Source of the DNA: a virus
Taxonomy: Duplodnaviria > Caudoviricetes
Direction: 5' to 3' (one strand)
IMG/VR virus record: IMGVR_UViG_3300042468_000248
Span: 1-37,035 of that record
Length of the DNA: 37,035 nt
Shown here: positions 8,474 to 14,151 of the stretch, one piece after another
How positions within the stretch are numbered: position 1 is the first letter of the stretch
Layout of the letters: every line of letters starts with the position of its first letter
The notes under the pieces: generated by a model
The model's input: only the letters and a program-made list of their open reading frames with translations
What the model was told of the DNA's origin: nothing
Databases searched by the model: none
Translations under genes and position numbers: made by a program

Positions 8474-10002
8474 CAGGCTCCCATCCAACTGCTTGCCATG
8501 CCGTTGCCGCCCTGCCGGGCGACGACTCGTCTTGGCGCGTCGCGGGCCTCACGGCTGGCGAGCGGGTAGGCGAAAGTGACGGCGAGGGCGTCTGCCGCAT
8601 CGGGCGACGCTTGACCTCTAGCCTTCATCTCCTTCTTACCCTCCAAGAAGATCGTCCCCGACGAGTTAGGCTTGACGTGCGGCCCGCACAGGTCCGACTT
8701 GAGTAACCGATCATGCGGTATGCTCGCCGTGCGTAGCCATTCTCGCATGTCGCCCCACATCTCGGCGCGCTTGTTGCCCCACATCACAGGGTTCTTAGCC
8801 TTCCAGCCAAAGTTTACCCCACGAACCTTATACCGCTGCTCTTTCAGCCGGTCAAGTATGCCATAGCCAAGACCGCCTTCGTCAATGACTGTAAGCGCTG
8901 GGTTGAACTCCTCGATCGCGTCGATGACGCGTCCGACGGTCGCCATGGTGTCCTCGCCCCGGTAGCGCTTGATCGCTACGATGTCGCGCCCTTGTCGGAC
9001 GACGATGACGGTGGAGTCTGAGCCGCTTCGCGCTGGATCGACTCCGATAACGCGTGGCGCTGTCTCGTCCTTGTACCGTGCCCGCGCCACAGCCTCGTCC
9101 ACAATTCGCGGAGCAATGAACTGGTCGTCGCCGTCTGAAGGAAACTCTCCGTAGACCTCGACTTTTGCCTGGCTACTATCTGCTCCATACTCAGCAATGA
9201 TTTGCTCGTAGACGGCTTTATCCGTATCTTCAACTTGGCGGGCGTCGATGTTTTGCGTTTGCCAGAAATCTCTTTTCGCGTTGAAGCACTCATAGAAATA
9301 CCCCTCGTTGCGTCGTGGGTTGCTGAAGGCGAGCCAGAAGCGGTTCGGTGTGTTCTCCGTAAAGAAGCCCGCCGACACCGCCCAGATGGAGTCCGGTATA
9401 CCGCTCGCTTCGTCGAAGATGAGCATGACGCCCGCGTGGTTGTGCACGCCCGCGTACGCGTCGGGGTTCTCCTCGCTCCAGAGCCGTCCCTCGACTGCCC
9501 AGTACCGCGTGCCCATCTTCAGGTCTCTCTCGACGATCTCCGCCAGCCACTTGGCCGGCATCACCCGCGTCGCGCTGACCTCAAACCAATGACTGTTGAG
9601 CAGCAGTGAGAGCCACTTAGTCACCTCGGCCCATGTGACCGAGCGTAGCTGCGCCTCGCTGTTAGCCGAGACGATGATCGTTGACCCTATGCGCGTCGTC
9701 AGCATCCACAGGATCAGCCAGCTCACCAGCGCCGACTTACCGATGCCGCGTCCCGAGGCTGTCGCCATGCGCAGCACGTCGTAGCTCGTCGCGTCCTTGT
9801 TCTTAGCGATGTGCGCGGCGACCTTGCGCAGCGTCTCGCGCTGCCACTTGCGCGGTCCCGCGAAGTGCTCCAGTGGCGTACCCTTCTGCCCCCACGGGAA
9901 CGCGAACAACACGAACGCCTCGGGGTCGTCCTTGATCGCAGGCGACCAAAGACGCGTCATTATGAGCTGCTCGTCTTCGGGGCTATATATCGGAACTTGC
10001 AT
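8473..10002 (-). CDS. terL: Terminase large subunit
   Basis: Walker A ASGRGIGKS, Walker B LIFDEASG, coupling motif FSNP, RNase H-like nuclease IGVDPARSGSD and SPDAADAL. Confidence 0.96.
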   Translation of the reverse strand: MQVPIYSPEDEQLIMTRLWSPAIKDDPEAFVLFAFPWGQKGTPLEHFAGPRKWQRETLRKVAAHIAKNKDATSYDVLRMATASGRGIGKSALVSWLILWMLTTRIGSTIIVSANSEAQLRSVTWAEVTKWLSLLLNSHWFEVSATRVMPAKWLAEIVERDLKMGTRYWAVEGRLWSEENPDAYAGVHNHAGVMLIFDEASGIPDSIWAVSAGFFTENTPNRFWLAFSNPRRNEGYFYECFNAKRDFWQTQNIDARQVEDTDKAVYEQIIAEYGADSSQAKVEVYGEFPSDGDDQFIAPRIVDEAVARARYKDETAPRVIGVDPARSGSDSTVIVVRQGRDIVAIKRYRGEDTMATVGRVIDAIEEFNPALTVIDEGGLGYGILDRLKEQRYKVRGVNFGWKAKNPVMWGNKRAEMWGDMREWLRTASIPHDRLLKSDLCGPHVKPNSSGTIFLEGKKEMKARGQASPDAADALAVTFAYPLASREARDAPRRVVARQGGNGMASSWMGA

Positions 10003-10465
10003 ACTCTGCCGTCAGCGCGGGGGTCGCGCGGGTGGTGGGTGCGGGACTGTGGCTCAGTGCAGCCGGTGTATCTGACACCACTCGGCCCTCGAGGACGCGA
10101 GACTCCGCCTCTTGCAGCGCCGCGATGACGCTGATCTGCTGCTTGACATCAACCTGCACCTGCTGCTTCGCCACCCAGCCGTGCACATGCTGGAGGATTG
10201 CCAAAGAAGCCTTTGAATCGCCATTGCGAGCCGCCAGACGCAGTTGGTTCGCGGCCTCAAACTCACTGTCTGCACGACCCTTAGCCTCCGCCATCTGGGC
10301 GAGGGGGTCCATTTGGCATAGTCGGCGGAACTCCGCTGGCAACATCCCCGCCGCCAGGGCAAGGCTATCACCCTTCAGCCCGAGCGCGGCGGCATCATAA
10401 ATCGCCTGAAGGCGGGCCTCAGTGGCCTTTAACTCGCGGGGCTCATACGGGAGCGATTTGAACAT
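9983..10465 (-). CDS. terS: Terminase small subunit (putative)
   Basis: Overlaps the terL start; N-terminal HTH-like helices, AARNGDSKASLAILQHVHGW oligomerisation-type segment, then a beta strand (QQVQVDV). Confidence 0.8.
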   Translation of the reverse strand: MFKSLPYEPRELKATEARLQAIYDAAALGLKGDSLALAAGMLPAEFRRLCQMDPLAQMAEAKGRADSEFEAANQLRLAARNGDSKASLAILQHVHGWVAKQQVQVDVKQQISVIAALQEAESRVLEGRVVSDTPAALSHSPAPTTRATPALTAEYASSDI

Positions 10466-10471
10466 GTCGCA

Positions 10472-10500
10472 ACAGTACCGTGCGCGTAAGGAATTGACAA
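10472..10500 (-). promoter_or_regulatory. Sigma70-type promoter giving a leaderless terS mRNA
   Basis: TTGTCA(10500-10495)-N17-TACTGT(10477-10472)-N6-ATG(10465); no SD. Confidence 0.7.
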
Positions 10501-10647
10501 GCGATGTGCAGGATCCCCTGCCGGGAGGCCGCGATCTCGAACATCCGTCGAGCCTGTGTGCCGGGGCGGAGATTGCCTTAATGATGCAGCACGATTGTGC
10601 CTTCAGCTTCCTCCCGGTCGCTACCAGCGCACCTGGTCAGACACCGC
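10501..10647 (-). ncRNA. Candidate ~147-nt structured non-coding RNA upstream of terS
   Basis: Terminal helix GCGGUGU/ACAUCGC; hairpin ACCAG-GUGCG-CUGGU; 8-bp helix CCGGGAGG/CCUCCCGG; hairpins CAGG-GGAU-CCUG, GGCAC-AAUC-GUGCU and CUCGA-N7-UCGAG; helix CCGC/GCGG. G-U pairs favour the minus strand, and an upstream promoter places +1 at 10647. Confidence 0.7.
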
Positions 10648-10653
10648 AGCGTG

Positions 10654-10682
10654 AGGATAGTTGCGCGCGGCGTGTAAGGCAA
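10654..10682 (-). promoter_or_regulatory. Sigma70-type promoter of the candidate ncRNA
   Basis: TTGCCT(10682-10677)-N17-TATCCT(10659-10654)-N6-G10647; an A/T tract at 10695-10718 upstream could act as an UP element. Confidence 0.65.
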
Positions 10683-10807
10683 TAGTTGTTTGCTGAAAAA
10701 ATAAAAAAAATTGTTTTCAAGCCCATTGTCACAATGACCACCAGCTCGCGGGCCGGCCCACCCCCTCAAATGCAAGTGATTCCCGTTTGCATCCAGTCGT
10801 CGGCGTG

Positions 10808-11172
10808 GTGGGCAATGTGGGCACGACCCACGCGGCGCGCGGCGGTGTGGCGCGCGGCCTGGCAGGTGTGGGCAATGTGGGCAATGCGCCGACAAGTCGT
10901 GTTGTGGGTCATGTGGGCAATTGGGCGCAAAGTCGTGTTGTGGGTCATGTGGGTCAAATGGTCATCGAAATTAAATCGCAGCGGCTCCAACGATGCGAGC
11001 GCTGCACGCTGTATGCTGTATGTTTATACAGTATATTTTTTTTACTGACTTAAAGATAAAGAGATAACCCACATTGCCCACAAGTCATGTTGCGCCCTAT
11101 GTTTTCAGGCCTTTGCGCGTGGGCAATTCTTCCGAAAAACATTGCCCACACGACTGCCCACAATGCCCACAA
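10808..11172. repeat. Field of ~14 9-bp TGTGGG(CA/TC)A repeats in both orientations around an AT-rich core; candidate replication origin or packaging site
   Basis: Tandem pairs at 10808/10816, 10867/10876, 10903/10912 and 10939/10948; exact 24-bp repeat AAGTCGTGTTGTGGGTCATGTGGG at 10894 and 10930; inverted TTGCCCACA-type copies at ~11066-11082 and ~11142-11172; AT-rich 11010-11066. Confidence 0.8.
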
Positions 11173-11218
11173 CCAAAAATGCATAGCATCGCGGGCATAT
11201 GTTATTGTAAGAAAATCC

Positions 11219-11247
11219 TTGACAGGCTATTCGGCCGCATTTAATCT
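11219..11247 (+). promoter_or_regulatory. Strong sigma70-type early promoter
   Basis: TTGACA(11219-11224)-N17-TAATCT(11242-11247), at the head of the plus-strand gene cluster. Confidence 0.8.
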
Positions 11248-11281
11248 GTACCCACTGACAACGCAACTCGAGCAAGCACAA

Positions 11282-11413
11282 ATGAAAAACAGAGCGAAAA
11301 AGACCATTTCAGCCGCGATTGAAAAAGGGCTGTTCATCTTTGTAATTTTCAGTTTCATTGTTATGTGGATTTTTTCGGCTTACGAAATGTCGCGTTTCAT
11401 TGCTAACAACTAA
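11282..11413 (+). CDS. Small single-TM membrane protein (43 aa)
   Basis: MKNRAKKTISAAIEKGLFIFVIFSFIVMWIFSAYEMSRFIANN; first ATG after the promoter; weak SD. Confidence 0.55.
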   Translation: MKNRAKKTISAAIEKGLFIFVIFSFIVMWIFSAYEMSRFIANN

Positions 11414-11428
11414 CTGGAGATAGCACAC

Positions 11429-11581
11429 ATGACTTACCGCTACTCAACCGTTCTTATGCTGATCGCCTACCCGCTACTCATCGGCACGTTTTTTGTCCAC
11501 GAGTCCGCACAACTGGCCGTTGGCCTTGCGGGTATGTTCGCCGCACTCGCCGCCGCCATCACCAACGCTTGCGGCGACTGA
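11429..11581 (+). CDS. Small two-TM membrane protein (50 aa)
   Basis: Read manually: MTYRYSTVLMLIAYPLLIGTFFVHESAQLAVGLAGMFAALAAAITNACGD; GGAG SD. Confidence 0.7.
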   Translation: MTYRYSTVLMLIAYPLLIGTFFVHESAQLAVGLAGMFAALAAAITNACGD

Positions 11582-11641
11582 TCACACTCTGTAAACTTTT
11601 CCCTGTTCGCTAACCTAAACTAACCTAAAGGATTAATCGCC

Positions 11642-12244
11642 ATGAAATTTGAAATTTCACACAACACGCTGAAAGCTCTGTTACTGATCGCCGCCAAAAA
11701 CGACCGCCGATGGTATTTGAACGGCATTTTGCTCGAGGTCCGCGCGAACGACATCACGGCCGTGGCCACCGATGGCCATCGCCTGATGGCCGTACCGGTC
11801 ACGCTCGCCGATGGCGCGCGCATGGTCGGTCAATACATCATTCCGCGCGACTTGCTCGACGGCGTTAAGCCGTCGCACAAGACGCTACCGATTGGCGTCA
11901 TCATTAATGACGCGATCAACGTCACCATTGACACCGGCGGCGCGCAATTGGCCGGCAAGCTGATCGACGGCACGTATCCCAATTGGCGTACCGTCGTGCC
12001 GCATACCGTGACCGGTGCGGCTGGCCAGTTCAACCATGAGTACATCGCGAGCTTCGGTAAAGCTCACCAGCTACTCGGCGGCAAGTATTCGCCGACGATG
12101 TTCCACAATGGCGATGGTGCCGCGCGGATCAAATTGGCCGCCGATGCCGTGGGCGTGCTCATGCCGTTGCGCGAGTCCGAGCCAGGCCCGCTCGACAACC
12201 CGAGCTGGATCGACCCGCCCGCGCCCGTGTCCGCCGCTGCCTAA
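11642..12244 (+). CDS. Truncated DNA polymerase III beta-clamp (DnaN)-like protein
   Basis: DRRWYLNGILLE, AVATDGHRL and KLIDGTYPNWRTVVP match the DnaN central domain; GVLMPLR matches the DnaN C-terminal motif; only 200 aa; AAGGA SD. Confidence 0.85.
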   Translation: MKFEISHNTLKALLLIAAKNDRRWYLNGILLEVRANDITAVATDGHRLMAVPVTLADGARMVGQYIIPRDLLDGVKPSHKTLPIGVIINDAINVTIDTGGAQLAGKLIDGTYPNWRTVVPHTVTGAAGQFNHEYIASFGKAHQLLGGKYSPTMFHNGDGAARIKLAADAVGVLMPLRESEPGPLDNPSWIDPPAPVSAAA

Positions 12245-12246
12245 CA

Positions 12247-12307
12247 TGGCGAAACGTGCGGCGCCCATGGCCGCACGTCTACGGGTACGACCCGTACTGA
12301 CGAGCCA
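12247..12307 (+). ncRNA. Hammerhead ribozyme, type II
   Basis: UGGC-GAAA-CGUGCGGC[GCCCAUG]GCCGCACG-UC^UACGGGU[ACG]ACCCGUA-CUGACGA-GCCA. Complete core (CUGANGA, GAAA, GUC triplet) and three perfect helices; predicted cut after C12279; intergenic and on the sense strand. Confidence 0.93.
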
Positions 12308-12334
12308 CTAACCTAAACTAAAGGAAACAACGCC

Positions 12335-12823
12335 ATGCAACCAGCTATCGAAACGACCACCGGCGCCATGCCCGCGCGCGACCATCTGCGCGAGACCATC
12401 CTTGACACGCTCCACGCATGGGTGCGCCAGCGTCCCGGTCTCGACCCGCGTAACTATATCCGCGACTGGGACGACCACGCCGGGCGCGCCGCGTACCGCT
12501 CCGACTCGCGCGCCATCACCACGCACCTGCGCGACGCGCGCGCCATGCTGCGATATATCGAACTGCGCTCGACCATCACGGGCGCCGATCTGCTGGCCGC
12601 GCTCAACATGGGCGGGCGCTTGACGTATACGCCGGGTCGCGGGCTCGACTACACCACCGGCCAGTATTGGTCGATGGAGTACCGCGCCGCCGCGTGTCGC
12701 GTGTTGTCGAGCGTGATCTGGGATTACCTGCGCGAGGGCATGGCCGACCCCGACGGCGACAAGCTGCGACTCGCCGCGCGGCGCGAGCTGGGGCCGAGCA
12801 TCGCCCGCCGGTGGTTCCGATAA
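12335..12823 (+). CDS. Hypothetical early protein (162 aa)
   Basis: AAGGA SD, GC3-rich codon pattern, fills the operon; no family recognised. Confidence 0.75.
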   Translation: MQPAIETTTGAMPARDHLRETILDTLHAWVRQRPGLDPRNYIRDWDDHAGRAAYRSDSRAITTHLRDARAMLRYIELRSTITGADLLAALNMGGRLTYTPGRGLDYTTGQYWSMEYRAAACRVLSSVIWDYLREGMADPDGDKLRLAARRELGPSIARRWFR

Positions 12824-12862
12824 TTTTTGACCGCGTAAACCACAACCAAAAGAAATGACACA

Positions 12863-13222
12863 ATGAAAACTGCAATCATTACCGCCGCACTGGCGGCCAC
12901 TCTCGCCACTACGGCGCACGCTGACGTGTTCGCCACCGGCCCCATGGCCGACGACCGCGACGGGCGCGTGGTGCTGACGACTGAGATATGCGTGGAGAAG
13001 CTCGACACGCTAGCGCTTGGCACCAATAAAAGCGCTCTAGATGGACTGCGCCGCGCGTTCTACTATACGGGCGCGGGCGTGACCAATGAGGGCTGTTGGA
13101 AGCATGAGGCCGGTACCGTGCTGCTAGTGTGGCCGACTGAGAACATCATCCGCCGGCGGCCTATCAAAAACTTTAAGCTCGAAGCTGCCGCCGTGGGTCC
13201 GACGTGGGACACGCTGCGATGA
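12863..13222 (+). CDS. Putative exported protein with Sec signal peptide
   Basis: MKTAIITAALAATLATTAHA|DVF (AxA cleavage site); two Cys, including a GCW motif. Confidence 0.75.
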   Translation: MKTAIITAALAATLATTAHADVFATGPMADDRDGRVVLTTEICVEKLDTLALGTNKSALDGLRRAFYYTGAGVTNEGCWKHEAGTVLLVWPTENIIRRRPIKNFKLEAAAVGPTWDTLR

Positions 13223-13341
13223 TCCGTTGGCTGCGCGGCTTCTGGCGTTCGCTGGAGGCCGCGCGTCAGTACGAGTGGCGCCGCGTGCCGCCGCCTAACT
13301 GGGCGTGCTCACGTCGGCGCTGGGGTGGCGACTATTGGTAG
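13219..13341 (+). CDS. Small Trp/Arg-rich protein (40 aa)
   Basis: Read manually: MIRWLRGFWRSLEAARQYEWRRVPPPNWACSRRRWGGDYW; ATGA overlap; fills the gap before DUF3310. Confidence 0.6.
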   Translation: MIRWLRGFWRSLEAARQYEWRRVPPPNWACSRRRWGGDYW

Positions 13342-13352
13342 AGGGTAACAGT

Positions 13353-13775
13353 ATGCACAACCTGACAACGCTAGAGGCTATCGAGTTTGAACGCGACATA
13401 GGCCGACCGCCTGACCCGCCCATCGACCCTGAAACCATGTACAGAACGTCGGAGCGCGCGCGCTGCACGCTCAGTACGGACGAGCTGCGCGCCATCCTGG
13501 GCGAGTACGACGCGGGCCACAGTACGCCTGAGCACGCGCCCGCAGTAGGCGACGCCATCGAGCCCGACCATTACAAGGTCGGCGGGATCGAAACCATCGA
13601 CTACATGCGCGCTAAGAGTACGCCCGAGGAGTTTGAGGGTTACTTGCGCCTGTCGGCGCTCAAGTACCTGAGCCGCGTCGGGCATAAGAACGGCGACCAC
13701 GACGCCGCGCGAGCCGAGGAGTATAAAAAGGCGCGATGGTTCATCGACCGGCTGATACAGGAGATCGACCCATGA
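13353..13775 (+). CDS. DUF3310 (SaV / T7 gp1.7-like) protein
   Basis: PDHYKVGGIETIDYM...ALKYLSRVGHK...EEYKKARWFIDRL; start placed at ATG 13353 (GAGG SD). Confidence 0.85.
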   Translation: MHNLTTLEAIEFERDIGRPPDPPIDPETMYRTSERARCTLSTDELRAILGEYDAGHSTPEHAPAVGDAIEPDHYKVGGIETIDYMRAKSTPEEFEGYLRLSALKYLSRVGHKNGDHDAARAEEYKKARWFIDRLIQEIDP

Positions 13776-13966
13776 GCGCGCCCGTAGACCGCGACGAGCT
13801 CACGCGTGTAGTGAAGCTCTACACCGAGGCCGTGTATAAGCTGCTGCACTACGAGGCGGCGCTGCACCGCATAGCCAACATGAGCCGCGACCAGTGCGAG
13901 GACGCACACGCCATCGCACGGCGTGCGTTGGAGCGGCTGAACGATGGCCAGAGTCGAGCTAACTGA
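13772..13966 (+). CDS. Hypothetical protein (64 aa)
   Basis: MSAPVDRDELTRVVKLY...; ATGA overlap with DUF3310 and AGGAG SD. Confidence 0.7.
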   Translation: MSAPVDRDELTRVVKLYTEAVYKLLHYEAALHRIANMSRDQCEDAHAIARRALERLNDGQSRAN

Positions 13967-14147
13967 ATGGTGGCGGCGGCGGCTGGGTCGATGGATCGAC
14001 CTTGCGCGCAAGGACGCGCGCCGGCCCCGCTGGCACCGCCCACCGCCGCCCAGTACGCGCACCACAGTACGCGCTCGCTACCATCAACTAAAGGCCAAGC
14101 AACGTGATCTACTTTCTCTTGACTATCGCCGCGACCGTCATCCTTGA
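13944..14147 (+). CDS. Hypothetical Arg-rich protein (67 aa)
   Basis: GGAG SD; last plus-strand ORF before the converging primase. Confidence 0.5.
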   Translation: MARVELTEWWRRRLGRWIDLARKDARRPRWHRPPPPSTRTTVRARYHQLKAKQRDLLSLDYRRDRHP

Positions 14148-14151
14148 CTGG

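Noticed and set aside
10494-10522. Plus-strand promoter from TTGACA at 10494
   Set aside because: No -10-like hexamer at 16-18 bp spacing; the site is explained as the minus-strand terS -35.
10501-10647. tRNA or tmRNA gene
   Set aside because: Despite a 7-bp terminal stem, the arm next to it has a 4-nt loop, and there is no CCA end, anticodon arm or tag ORF. No hammerhead core either (CUGAAGG, no GAAA).
10808-11172. CRISPR array (with the Cas4-like DUF2800 gene as cas)
   Set aside because: The repeats are 9 bp, irregularly spaced and in both orientations, with no unique spacers of constant length. DUF2800 is a normal part of this replication module.
10422-11281. ORFs across the control region (10422..10685, 10578..10895, 10686..11048, 10766..10990, 10787..11053, 5' part of 11087..11413)
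   Set aside because: Their repetitive peptides (WAMWA, HIAH, VGNVG) simply translate the 9-bp repeats; they lack SDs and overlap promoters and the structured RNA.
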